Positions 51,224 through 61,080 of a stretch of DNA of 64,000 bases are shown here, piece after piece. This stretch comes from an uncultured Verrucomicrobiae bacterium (GTDB taxonomy: Bacteria > Verrucomicrobiota > Verrucomicrobiia > Limisphaerales > Palsa-1400), in contig CAVPOM010000010.1 in NCBI GenBank assembly GCA_963707025.1, forward strand, positions 1 through 64,000. Direction: 5' to 3'. Position numbers and translations under genes: made by a program. Numbering within the stretch: the stretch's first letter is position 1; the number at the start of each line of letters is the position of its first letter. The notes under the pieces were generated by a model, which saw only the letters and a list, made by a program, of their open reading frames with translations, had not been told where the DNA came from and did no database searches.

Positions 51224-51405
51224 CTTGCGTTTCATCAGATAATCCTCCGCCAGCGATTGAACCATTTTGCAATCGTCCCGTCCGACTCCAGTGGCGGCAG
51301 GGTCACGCGCCGGAAGGGAGGCACGAGCGAGGTTGTGCTTTGTGCGGCGGCGACCACCGTTGCTCCGGCCTCACGGATCACGTCCACGCAGTTGTATCGG
51401 CCGTG

Positions 51406-51648
51406 GCTTCGGTCTGCGACCGGCAAGCGGGGAAAGTGGAGCGCAGGGCGGAGAGGAGCGTCCAGCGAATCGCAGACAGAGCGCAACGCCCGCCGCCGAG
51501 CCGCAGACGGAAGCCCGCCGCGCTTGCGGCGCTATGCGGATGCTCGCTCGTGACGAGCGCGCGGTTTGCGGAGTGGAACGGGCGTGGTCGAGGGGGACAG
51601 GGCCGACCGGCAGCCCGTGGAGCGCAGCACAACCGTGCGTTGGTCACG
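51406..51648. repeat. ~245-bp double-hairpin dispersed repeat, copy 3
   Basis: Same orientation and arm sequences as copies 1 and 2. Confidence 0.9.
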
Positions 51649-51666
51649 GCGGCGCTGATTAAATCG

Positions 51667-51699
51667 CGCCCGTCACGATGCGGGTCTTCGTGACGGGCG
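51667..51699. terminator. GC-rich hairpin downstream of the Calx-beta gene
   Basis: CGCCCGTCACGA-N9-TCGTGACGGGCG perfect inverted repeat, 21 nt after the stop codon. Confidence 0.5.
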
Positions 51700-51720
51700 A
51701 AGCTCACGACGGCGGAAGAA

Positions 51721-54669
51721 TTACTGTTGCACCCGGACGCGGTAGATGCGGCTTGGGCCGGTCGCTCCGTAGTTCGTCAGGCTAATCATTCCACCGCTGC
51801 CGCTGTTGGTCTGAACCGGAATCCAAGTGGCATCGTTCAACGTGTTCTTGTATTCCAACACGTAGTTGAATCCACTTTCGGACGGGACATTCAGCGTGAA
51901 GGTTGTTCCGGTGAGTTTGGGACTGGTGATGAGTGGCGAGGACGGGCCGCCGCTGCCAACTGTCGAAATCGGTTCGATCCAAAGGGTGTCACTGCTGCCG
52001 ATAGCCGACCAGCCGACCGCTTGGTCGTCATCCCACTGAATTTTTGTCCAAGTGAGTCCATCTGCGTTCCAGAACGTGGAGTTCAGCGTCGCATCGGAAA
52101 CGATTGTGCCGAGCTGTCCGGCAACTCTCATCGCGCCCGCCGTTCCGGCCGAAGTGGTGGGTTGCAGACGGACATTGAAGGAGGTTGCGGCTCGAACCCT
52201 TCCGCCAGCAGCGATCGGCGTGATGGACTTCACAATCCATTTCGCCGCTCCGCCGTAATGGATGTCGCTCCAAGTGTAGGCATACTGGTTGCGGTTGACC
52301 AAATCCGCGCGAACCCAAGGGTCGGCAGCAATCAGTTGAGTCGGGTTGTAGCCGCGAATCACCATGATGTGTCCGCCAGTCGAGAGTTGGGCGCTCAAAA
52401 AAACCGGACGGCCAGCATCAATCTCGGCTCGCACATCGGATTCGGACGCAGCGTTTGCGAACGTCGCGAACAACCCATGTTTCCAGAGGAATTGAACCGC
52501 ACGGTCAGCCCTCGTCTGCGGGTCGGATTGGAAATCCTGTGTCAGATAACCAAACGCTCCGTAGTTGATTGTTCCTCCAACAACATCAGGCGTTCCAACA
52601 TTGAAGGTAAAACCTCTGTAGGAATACGCGGTGCTGGACGGCGACCCGCCTTCCACCGGTGCGACATACCAACTGAAATCGTTGTTCTGGCCGGATTGCC
52701 CGATCATCGGGTGAGCCGTCAAGCGGTTGAAATAGGTCAGAATCATGGTTGCCGAGCATGGCCCACAGGCATTTGCAGAATTGAACGCAGGGTGCATGTC
52801 CGAGTTGTTGATTTGGCGGATGTATCCAATCGAACCGGGAAGCAAAACCGTTCCGCCTCCCGTGTCGTTATCGGTGATGGTGAAGGTGGATTTGGCAAGG
52901 TAGGTCGTGACCGGATCGCTGGTGTTCCGCTGCACGATGAAGCCAAACGTCTCGCTGCTTTCCACTGTCGAGTCGTCGAGAATCGTAACTGCCACCGTGC
53001 GAGTCGTCTGACCGGACGTAAAAGTGACCGACTGATTCACGATGCCAGTGTAATCGCTGTTGTTGGAATAGCCTTCGGCCTGCGTTGTGCTCGCGTAAAT
53101 CGTTTCTGCCGGAGTGCCACCTGAGCGCGTGATGGTGAACGTGAGTGTCCCCGCAGCTTCACCCACCGTCGCCGGGTTGGGCGTGATTGCGTAGGTTGTC
53201 GGCTGCACGTCATTGTCGGTGATCGTAAAGGTAGATTTAGCAAGATAGGTCGTGACCGGATCGCTGGTGTTCCGCTGGACGATGAATCCAAAGGTTTCGC
53301 TGCCTTCCTGTGTTGAGTCGTCGAGAATCGTAACCGCCACTGTGCGGGTCGTCTGACCGGACGTAAAAGTCACCGACTGATTCGCAATGCCGGTGTAGTC
53401 GCCGCTATTTGAATACCCTTCCGTTTGCGTTGTGCTGGCGTAAATTGTTTCCGCCGGTGTTCCGCCTGAGCGGGTGATTGTGAACGTCAGCGTGCCCGCG
53501 CTTTCGTCCACAGTCGCTGGATTCGGAGTGATGGAGTAAGTGGTGGGCAGCACGTCGTCGTCTGTGATGGTGAATGTGGACTTGGCAAGGTAAGTCGTAA
53601 CTGGGTCGCTGGTGTTGCGTTGCACTATGAAGCCAAATGTCTCGCTGCTTTCCACGGTCGAGTCGTTCAGAATCGTTACGGACACCGTGCGCGTCGTCTG
53701 GCCGGAAGTAAAAGTCACCGACTGATTCGCGATGCCGGTGTAGTCGCTGCTGTTTGCATAACCCTCGGTTGTCGTCGTGCTGGCGTAAATTGTTTCCGCT
53801 GGCGTCCCGCCTGAGCGGGTGATTGTGAACGTCAACGTTCCCGCGCTCTCTCCCACCGTTGCCGGGTTGGGCGTGATGGCGTAAGTCGTGGGAAGCACAT
53901 CGTCGTCAGTGATGGTGAACGTGGACTTGGCAAGGTAAGTCGTGACGGGATCGCTGGTGTTTCGCTGCACGATGAACCCGAACGTCTCGCTGTTCTCCAC
54001 GGTCGAGTCGTTGAGGATCGTCACCGACACCGTGCGGGTCGTCTGGCCGGAGGTAAAAGTCACGGACTGATTGGCAATACCAGTGTAGTCACTGCTATTG
54101 GAATACCCCTCGGTCTGCGTCGTGCTGGCGTAAATCGTTTCCGCCGGAGTGCCGCCCGAACGCGTGATGGTAAACGTGAGCGACCCCGCACTCTCGCCGA
54201 CGGTCGCTGGATTCGGCGTGATTGAATACGTCGTCGGAAGAGTGTCGTTGTCCGTGATGGTGAACGTGGACTTGGCCAAGTAGGTGGTGACGGGATCGCT
54301 GGTGTTTCGCTGCACGATGAACCCGAACGTCTCGCTGTTCTCCACGGTCGAGTCGTTGAGGATCGTCACCGACACCGTGCGGGTCGTCGCGCCAGAGGTG
54401 AAGCTCACCGACTGGTTGAGGATGCCCGTGTAGTCGCTGCTGTTGGAATACCCTTCGGTCTGCGTGGTGCTGGCATAGATGGTTTCCGCTGGCAACGAAC
54501 CGGAACGCGTAATCGTAAAGGTGAGCGTCCCCGCGCCTTCGCTAACTGTTGCCGGATTAGGCGATATGGAATACGTGGTCTGCGCCAACGCGGAATGCGC
54601 AAAGATACAGATGAGCATTGTGATGATATGTTTCATAACTTTGAGTTTAGGCTGTTTGTTTGTGGGCAT
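51721..54669 (-). CDS. Secreted protein: 5 Calx-beta repeats + C39-like peptidase + SH3-like + C-terminal domain
   Basis: Signal peptide (ALA-Q); five ~115-aa repeats (TLTFTITRSG...SDY...VTFTSGQTTRTVSVTILND...ETF...TITDND); NACGPCS, GHIMVIRGY and ADPW catalytic motifs. Confidence 0.85.
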   Translation of the reverse strand: MPTNKQPKLKVMKHIITMLICIFAHSALAQTTYSISPNPATVSEGAGTLTFTITRSGSLPAETIYASTTQTEGYSNSSDYTGILNQSVSFTSGATTRTVSVTILNDSTVENSETFGFIVQRNTSDPVTTYLAKSTFTITDNDTLPTTYSITPNPATVGESAGSLTFTITRSGGTPAETIYASTTQTEGYSNSSDYTGIANQSVTFTSGQTTRTVSVTILNDSTVENSETFGFIVQRNTSDPVTTYLAKSTFTITDDDVLPTTYAITPNPATVGESAGTLTFTITRSGGTPAETIYASTTTTEGYANSSDYTGIANQSVTFTSGQTTRTVSVTILNDSTVESSETFGFIVQRNTSDPVTTYLAKSTFTITDDDVLPTTYSITPNPATVDESAGTLTFTITRSGGTPAETIYASTTQTEGYSNSGDYTGIANQSVTFTSGQTTRTVAVTILDDSTQEGSETFGFIVQRNTSDPVTTYLAKSTFTITDNDVQPTTYAITPNPATVGEAAGTLTFTITRSGGTPAETIYASTTQAEGYSNNSDYTGIVNQSVTFTSGQTTRTVAVTILDDSTVESSETFGFIVQRNTSDPVTTYLAKSTFTITDNDTGGGTVLLPGSIGYIRQINNSDMHPAFNSANACGPCSATMILTYFNRLTAHPMIGQSGQNNDFSWYVAPVEGGSPSSTAYSYRGFTFNVGTPDVVGGTINYGAFGYLTQDFQSDPQTRADRAVQFLWKHGLFATFANAASESDVRAEIDAGRPVFLSAQLSTGGHIMVIRGYNPTQLIAADPWVRADLVNRNQYAYTWSDIHYGGAAKWIVKSITPIAAGGRVRAATSFNVRLQPTTSAGTAGAMRVAGQLGTIVSDATLNSTFWNADGLTWTKIQWDDDQAVGWSAIGSSDTLWIEPISTVGSGGPSSPLITSPKLTGTTFTLNVPSESGFNYVLEYKNTLNDATWIPVQTNSGSGGMISLTNYGATGPSRIYRVRVQQ
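52860..54580 (-). repeat. Five intragenic ~345-bp tandem repeats encoding Calx-beta domains
   Basis: Near-identical protein repeats; a stretch of ~95 bp is identical between ~53943 and ~54288. Confidence 0.9.
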
Positions 54670-54803
54670 GGTTTTAACTGTGCGGCGATGAAAGCGCTTC
54701 GTCTCCGAGATTCACCGTCGCGCCTGGCTCGCTCGACGTAAACATCAGTCTCTGCGGGTCAGTTGTCGGTTCATCTGGTATCGCATTCATCACTGCGATA
54801 GCC

Positions 54804-54977
54804 CTTAATCACGTGTTGTGCCAACACGCTTTTGAATGGGGACGGAAGCGCCACAAGACCCAGATTTGATTGGCAGGACGGCACATTCTGATGATTTCTT
54901 TTTTGCGCAGTGGTTTATGTGACAGGGTCTCAACACCGTGACGTAATTCGTGGGTTACGAATTCCAATTACGCCGTA
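54804..54977 (-). promoter_or_regulatory. Candidate sigma54 promoter plus upstream activator site, copy A
   Basis: Minus strand GTTGGCACAACACGTGATTAAG (54804-54825); inverted repeat CGTAATT...AATTACG within 54940-54977. Confidence 0.65.
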
Positions 54978-55118
54978 AACGAATGGTTCCTGTTCACGGC
55001 ATGACACGAAACGCATAAGCCGACACCGCCCCGTAAAGTCCGAAGAAGAATGGCCGATTGCGCTCGCGACACAGCCGGCCATTCTCTTACGGGAATTTGG
55101 AATTGAATTAAGTAATGG

Positions 55119-56874
55119 CTAGTTGGAGACAACTGCCGCGGTGCCGGCAGTTCTGCGATTAAGCTCAGCGATGGCATCCTCAAGGGCGGTCTGGAATTGC
55201 TCCACAACATCTTTGGGCACGAACGCCGTCGGCTGATCTTTGGCAGTAGTCAGCTTGGCGACGACCGGGCCAAATCCGTCGCGCGATGCTGTCTCCTCAA
55301 CCTTGGCCTCGACACGAGCGGCCAGCCGTTGGTCCAAGCGCAAGATTTCCACGGCATGTTCGTAGCCTTTTGCGAATGTCCGTCCGGCAAAGCGGTATTC
55401 CTGGCTGCCTGATCGTGAAACAATTTCCAGCGACAAAGCACACGCCATCAAGCGAGCGGGACGCCCGTTATCTTCGGCGAGTTCGGGGTAATAATTGAGC
55501 AAGTCATCGTCATTCTCGCAGGCTGTGATGAGCAACGACTGGTGCTCACGCGGTAGCGAGCGAAAGGCATCAACACACCCCTTGGCTTCGGGAATTTCCG
55601 CAAGCACGCAGTTTACTTCCTGGGAGAGCATGAGGAATTCCTCTTCAATGTGCTCCAGCCCGATGATGCTCACGGCGTCCGACATGCGGTCCCTGAGCGC
55701 GCGGCAAATACCTGAGTTCGGCCCGTCGGCGGAGAGGACGAATAGCTTTCTGTGACGGTCGCGGCCTGGAATCGGCACGCTCGGTGGCCACTCGGCAGCT
55801 TCTTTGCACAGGCGGTCCGCAAAGAATTTCATCTCGCCATTCAGACTGCCTACGAACTGTTGAACGGTCGTCGGCCAAGGTTGATCGTGATTGAAGATGG
55901 TCTCGACGGACTCTTGGATTGCGTCTTCAGCGCTCTTGCCCTGCGCCGTGGCCGTCAAAACGGTTTCGCGGATTTGGGGCAACTGTTGCTCGACCCTGTG
56001 TATGGCTGCGGCTTCCACAACGTCGGCTGGTGGCAGCGGAATGCCAAGCCAATATGGCGGTTCGTTGCCAGCCAACTTGTCGCTTTCATCGAGCACAAGT
56101 GGAAGCGCGTCCCCGTGACTACTGCCGAGAGTGGTAACGGCTTCGGCAAAATCGTGCGTTCCTTTGAGAACTGCCTGCGACTGGACTTCTTCCGTCGCCG
56201 CTTCGTTGAGCTTCGCCAATGCCTCAAGCGCATTGCGCGCCGCGCCGCGCGATAACCCCGGAATGAAGTAGGCCAGCCAACGTTTTGTCGTGGCCGTGAA
56301 ACGCGAGCGTTGGATTTGATATTCCTCGCGGCGCTGTTTGATCGTGGCGCGTTGCTGCTCCAACAAGGTGGAAAGCGCAGCCTCGTTGGCACGCAACGTC
56401 TGTTCGATTACACCGAGGTCTTCTTGGATGCTCGATAGACTCATCCCGTCTTTGACGGCGGCTGTCGTGACGGTCTGGAGTATTGTGCGCTGTCCTGCGA
56501 CAAACGCGGCCACTTCCTGCTGACATCGAGCCGCGTATTCGCGGATCATTTTGTCGGTGTCGCGCTCCGTCTGCACAATCTGAGCTTCGAGTTGCGCGGG
56601 AGTCAAACGTAGTGCAAGGGCAACTGCGCCGACCAGACCGATTCCAGCGCCGATGGCGAGCAGGTCGCTACGTGTGAGCACGACGGCAACCGCAAACGCC
56701 AAGCCGAGCAGCCCGAGGCAGCATGGCCCAAGGCAGATGACGCCAGCGGTCGCGGCGCGGCAACAATTGGATTGCGCGATTGATGGGTTGGCGCAGGTTC
56801 GTGGCTGAGTTCGGGGGAAGCACCGCGCGGAACGTGTCCACGCTAGTCCGAATTGATGTGAGGTTTAGGTTCAT
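55119..56874 (-). CDS. Membrane-anchored coiled-coil protein of the tubulin-like operon; frameshift near 56700
   Basis: Two N-terminal TM helices and long helical regions; the 5' piece is ORF 56668-56874. Confidence 0.65.
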
Positions 56875-56913
56875 AATGTTGTAATTTTTGATTTTTTGAG
56901 TGTTGAGGATGGA

Positions 56914-58026
56914 TTAAAGATTACGGTTCAAATGGGCCGTGGCAGCGGCCTTGGCGATTTGAAGATTGCGTTCGCGCGGAACGAAGCACCGGACGAATCC
57001 GCGGCGTGTGAATACAGGCAGTCCATGCCGTCTATTGCTTTGTCCCGGCTTGCTGTCCGCGAAGTGTTGCTCGGTTTCTGCAAGCAGCGGCGTGGCAATG
57101 AAGGCCATTCCGAGCAGGGCGAGGCGGGCTGCGAGTTCGCTGCGGTTGCTCGCGGCCATGAACTCCGTCGTGACTCCGACAACCGAGATGCTGTCGTAGA
57201 TCGGCGCGCCGCCGAAGCGGAACGTCTGCCCGTCGAATGAATGAGCAACGACCCGGTCCGGGAATTCGACTGCCATTGCGGCCTCAATCAGGAGCTTGCC
57301 GGCATTCTCACGCGCGGCCTGCGGATTCACGGAAGATCCGGCTGATGGCAACAGCATGATTAGATGGTTGACGACGCTGATCCCGCGCTGCGCGGCTTCA
57401 TACTTCGTCATCATCGCGTCAACGACTTCCGCGCCGCTCCCGGTTGAGCCCGCCCCGTTCACGAACCGGACCATGACAACCTGGCGAGTGGGCTTCACCC
57501 TGAAACCGGCGTTTTCGCAAGCCGCGACACGGTTCGCGTCGCGAGTGCAAAGGATCGAAGACACGATTGACTCACGCGCCTTTTGGAGATTGGCCAGATA
57601 GAGCGCCTCTCCAAAGGCGGGCTTCTGACAGCAGCCGTCCGCGAGCGTTTCCATTGGCGGCAAATGTTTCAGTTTCTCCGCCAAGGCCCGTGTGCCTTTG
57701 GCGCGCTCGGCCTGTGCCCGAAGCGCAGGAACGCTCGCATCACGGTAGGTCTGGACGATGCCGGGCGGCGCGGGACGTGGCGGCGAACCTGGGATCGCCA
57801 CAGTCAAGTCCTTGGTTGCTTGGGCGGAATCAATTGCTCGCAATGCGATGGGCAGGTGTGGAGCGATCTCTCCATAAGCTTCGTCCAGGCAAGCGTTGAT
57901 GTGGAGGATGACTTGGCAAGGAAACGAGCCAATGCCGGAGAAGGCTACAGGCGTGATCTGTTTCGTTCGGCGCAGCGTGTCCAGCACACCGCCGGAGATG
58001 TTTTTGTTAGCAGAGGTATTGTTCAT
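56914..58026 (-). CDS. Tubulin/FtsZ-like GTPase domain protein (Tubulin_2-like)
   Basis: N-terminal FSGIGSFP loop, AIDS, DGCCQKPAFG (T3-like) and NGAGSTGSG, a variant of GGGTGSG. Confidence 0.75.
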   Translation of the reverse strand: MNNTSANKNISGGVLDTLRRTKQITPVAFSGIGSFPCQVILHINACLDEAYGEIAPHLPIALRAIDSAQATKDLTVAIPGSPPRPAPPGIVQTYRDASVPALRAQAERAKGTRALAEKLKHLPPMETLADGCCQKPAFGEALYLANLQKARESIVSSILCTRDANRVAACENAGFRVKPTRQVVMVRFVNGAGSTGSGAEVVDAMMTKYEAAQRGISVVNHLIMLLPSAGSSVNPQAARENAGKLLIEAAMAVEFPDRVVAHSFDGQTFRFGGAPIYDSISVVGVTTEFMAASNRSELAARLALLGMAFIATPLLAETEQHFADSKPGQSNRRHGLPVFTRRGFVRCFVPRERNLQIAKAAATAHLNRNL

Positions 58027-58047
58027 ACGGATTATTTGGTTGTGGGT

Positions 58048-60333
58048 TTATTGTTCGGTGGTTAATGCTTCGGACGCGATTGCGAGTTCGACTGGATCGC
58101 AACTAAGAAGGGTTAGTGTTTTGGTTGAGCCATCTTCGGCCACAAGAGAAATCCGGTCGCCGGGATGCAGCCGCCGCGTGCGGAGAACCGGCGTGTCGTT
58201 GACGGCGACCGATCCAGTTGTCCCCGGTCGCAGCACAAGTCCACGCCAACTGATGGCGATGCGTGGCGACGGGTCGGCGGTGCTTGCATGGTCGCGCACA
58301 AGAGACGATCCCAACAGCAGAACATCTTCCAAGGCGGTCAGTTCTTCCGTTCTCGCCTCCCCTGTCTCCGTTGCGAATGAAAGCGTGTAGGGACGCCCGC
58401 GCAACACTGCGAGCCAAGCAAAGCCAGTCAAGACCAGCACTACGACAGCGCAACCACCAACCAAGGTGAATGCCAACGGCAGGCGCGATTTACTGACAGA
58501 GCGCGGCGGGATCGTCGGACGACTTGCCACATCTGTCGAAGCAAGAGCTTTTGTGTTGGTTTCCGCCACGGCTAAGGCAGGCGCGGTGTGTGCAAGATTC
58601 GTTTTTGAGACCACTTCGGGCGTAAGTGGGCGACTCGAACTTGCAACCGGAGGAGTAGTAACCGGCTGACGCACGTTTTGAGTGGCCACAGACAACGGCA
58701 TTTCAGTTCTGCGTGTGGAATCTGGACTCGTTGCACTCACTGCATTTGTTGCGGGCGATGAGGCCACAACAACGACGGTTACGTTCGTAACTGGGGCTGG
58801 GACTGGTCGGGTAGCTGCGGTTTGTGTGCGACGCAGCTCTTCCATCCGTTGCCGCAATTCTTGCGTGTCTTGTTTCAACTGCGCGAGAGCCTGGCCGTCA
58901 GTGTTTTGTTTGGCCTTTCCATCAGGCAGGACTGTCTCTCCAGTCGGCAATTGCACGCTGCCGTCTGAATTTAGGTGGCAAAGCGCAACATTTTCGCTGG
59001 TTACAATCCCGGAGCGCACCAGGGCGAATGGAAAGGCTGAAAGCTGACGAAGCTCGATCAAGACGACGCTGCCTTCTGAAAATCCTTCACGGATGCGGCT
59101 GCGATAGTCCTGGCGCTTCACAAGATAAATGTTCAATGCCGCTGTCTGGGCATTGGTCGCGCCACAAAGCTTGTGAAGGGTCGTGATGTGCTCTTGGGCG
59201 TCGCGGACTTGCTGGAGCACTGAAGCATAATTCGCGGACAGTTTGCGCTGCTCATCACTGCGCACATAGGCGAAAGGCGATGATTTCAACGAGCTGATGC
59301 GATCGGCGTGGCCTTCGAGGGAAACATCTGCGCGGTCCAATTGGAAACTGGCGAGCGCGAGTTCCTCGGCCGCTTCACGGATGAGTCCGCCACCGAGAAG
59401 TCGCTCTGCCGAATCGGAATCACGACTTGCGTCAGTCAGCCAGTTACGCGCGAGACTCTGTTCGCCGGCAAGACGGTCGCGTGTGTAGAAAACACCTGTC
59501 GGCGCGGCGGCGGCAGTTGCGGCTGAAAGGCAGAGAATAGTCGGCCATACCAAGCAGCAGACTGGCGGGCGACAAACGAACGCCCGTTTGATGAGGCCGA
59601 TCAAACATGCGATGAGGACAAGGCTGGCCAAAAGCGCCGCAATGAAGGCGACGATCTGAGGATCAGGCCGCGATGCGAGAATCGCCTGTAATTTGCTTTG
59701 GAGGGTTTGCACGGCTGCCGTGGAAGGTGCCTGCGCGCCAATGGCGGCGACGCTCGCATTCGTCGTGGTTGCATAGAGACGTTCAACGTATGGAGTCAGC
59801 AAGGGATGGAGTAGCCAGGCGGACACCGTGCTGAAAAACAGCAGTCCCGCCAACACGAGTCCTGATTTGAATGCTCTTCCAAAGAATATGGCCAGCAGCA
59901 ATGCGGCAACCAACGCGGCAGCTACGACCAGCACAGTTCGGTTGCGCATGTATTTGCTCAGATTGTAATGAAGTGCGCTTTGGACCGGTATGAATGCTCC
60001 GGACGCGAGCGGCAACGCATTCGCTTCCACGGTGGCGGTGCGGAGATCAACGACTCCGGTGCTGCGAATCCGCGCGATGCCCTGGCGCATTTGCGGTTCG
60101 GTCGAACGATCAACACTGAATTCCGCAATCAATTGGCCATCCTTCATGTCCACATGCCGCACTTCGCCGACGCGCTGGCCGTCCACCGTCACCGGTGAAT
60201 TCTTTGCGATGCCCTCGTCTGGATTAACGACCGTGTTGTAGCGTTTGTTGCAGCCGGACAGAACGCACACAGATAGAGCGAGCGCGATTGTTCCGGCGAA
60301 CCGTGTTAGCGGGGTGAGTGTAATGAGTTTCAT
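58048..60333 (-). CDS. Lipoprotein with MCE/MlaD-like N-domain, TM helices, coiled coil and C-terminal FHA-like domain
   Basis: VLSGC lipobox; EGIAKNSPVTVDGQRVGEV (MCE-like); TM segments; GSVAVNDTPV...RLHPGDRISL (FHA-like). Confidence 0.7.
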   Translation of the reverse strand: MKLITLTPLTRFAGTIALALSVCVLSGCNKRYNTVVNPDEGIAKNSPVTVDGQRVGEVRHVDMKDGQLIAEFSVDRSTEPQMRQGIARIRSTGVVDLRTATVEANALPLASGAFIPVQSALHYNLSKYMRNRTVLVVAAALVAALLLAIFFGRAFKSGLVLAGLLFFSTVSAWLLHPLLTPYVERLYATTTNASVAAIGAQAPSTAAVQTLQSKLQAILASRPDPQIVAFIAALLASLVLIACLIGLIKRAFVCRPPVCCLVWPTILCLSAATAAAAPTGVFYTRDRLAGEQSLARNWLTDASRDSDSAERLLGGGLIREAAEELALASFQLDRADVSLEGHADRISSLKSSPFAYVRSDEQRKLSANYASVLQQVRDAQEHITTLHKLCGATNAQTAALNIYLVKRQDYRSRIREGFSEGSVVLIELRQLSAFPFALVRSGIVTSENVALCHLNSDGSVQLPTGETVLPDGKAKQNTDGQALAQLKQDTQELRQRMEELRRTQTAATRPVPAPVTNVTVVVVASSPATNAVSATSPDSTRRTEMPLSVATQNVRQPVTTPPVASSSRPLTPEVVSKTNLAHTAPALAVAETNTKALASTDVASRPTIPPRSVSKSRLPLAFTLVGGCAVVVLVLTGFAWLAVLRGRPYTLSFATETGEARTEELTALEDVLLLGSSLVRDHASTADPSPRIAISWRGLVLRPGTTGSVAVNDTPVLRTRRLHPGDRISLVAEDGSTKTLTLLSCDPVELAIASEALTTEQ

Positions 60334-60372
60334 AATGTGTGTTTGCGTTTGGGTTTAAGGATGTGAGCGGTT

Positions 60373-60879
60373 TTAGTTGCGAATCGGATCGGCAAGAGGC
60401 TGTTTCGCGAAGATGTGCTCAGCGAGGAGCTCATTGCGGTGCGCTCTCATTTTTTCGAGAGCTATCTCCTTGAGCGCGTCTTTCACTTGCCCGTCGGCGG
60501 CCAGGGCCTCGTTCACCGCAAATTCCAACAGTGGCTTCGGCACAGGGCCGCGCATCAGAAAGTAGTGCGCGATGTAGTGGATATGCCCGTCTGTGGAATT
60601 GACGTGAAAGTGTCCCGTTCCGGCGAGTTTTTGGGTGAGGATCGCGGCAAGTTGCAGCGTCTGATTCCTCGAACCGATTGGGTGGCCTTCCAAGCCGTAG
60701 ATGCGGAGGTATCCCGGCAGACGATGTGCGACCAACAGAACTGCCCCAAGCGGCGTGTAGATGACGAACTCCACGTGCGGACACTCGTCATTGCCATCCA
60801 CGATCTTGGCTTCGTGGAAGTCGTGCCGGGTTTTCAACATCTGGATGATGCCGTTTGAATCTGTGTGGGCGAGGTTCAT
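60373..60879 (-). CDS. YbjN/type III chaperone-like fold protein
   Basis: Size and pattern LAAILTQKL...GHFHVNSTDGHIHY. Confidence 0.45.
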   Translation of the reverse strand: MNLAHTDSNGIIQMLKTRHDFHEAKIVDGNDECPHVEFVIYTPLGAVLLVAHRLPGYLRIYGLEGHPIGSRNQTLQLAAILTQKLAGTGHFHVNSTDGHIHYIAHYFLMRGPVPKPLLEFAVNEALAADGQVKDALKEIALEKMRAHRNELLAEHIFAKQPLADPIRN

Positions 60880-61067
60880 GGCTGTGGTTTCGTTCTGGTT
60901 GTTATGCTCGGGATGAAATGCTCCGCGACCCATTCGCTTACTGCGATGCGCGCCCTGGCGACTACTTCCAAGCGCTCTGCGGGTTGCATGGCTGAACTCG
61001 CTTCGCTCAACATCGGCGTGACTCTTATCAGTTCAGCGGTCGGTTTATCTGTTGCTGTCGCATTCAT
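60876..61067 (-). CDS. Small hypothetical leader protein (63 aa)
   Basis: ATGA-coupled to the downstream gene; starts just after the candidate promoter. Confidence 0.45.
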   Translation of the reverse strand: MNATATDKPTAELIRVTPMLSEASSAMQPAERLEVVARARIAVSEWVAEHFIPSITTRTKPQP

Positions 61068-61080
61068 CGTTGCGACAGTC

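Noticed and set aside
29844..51648. CRISPR array or canonical integron attC array
   Set aside because: The repeats are ~245 bp and kilobases apart, no cas or intI gene is present, and the ends do not match RYYYAAC/GTTRRRY.
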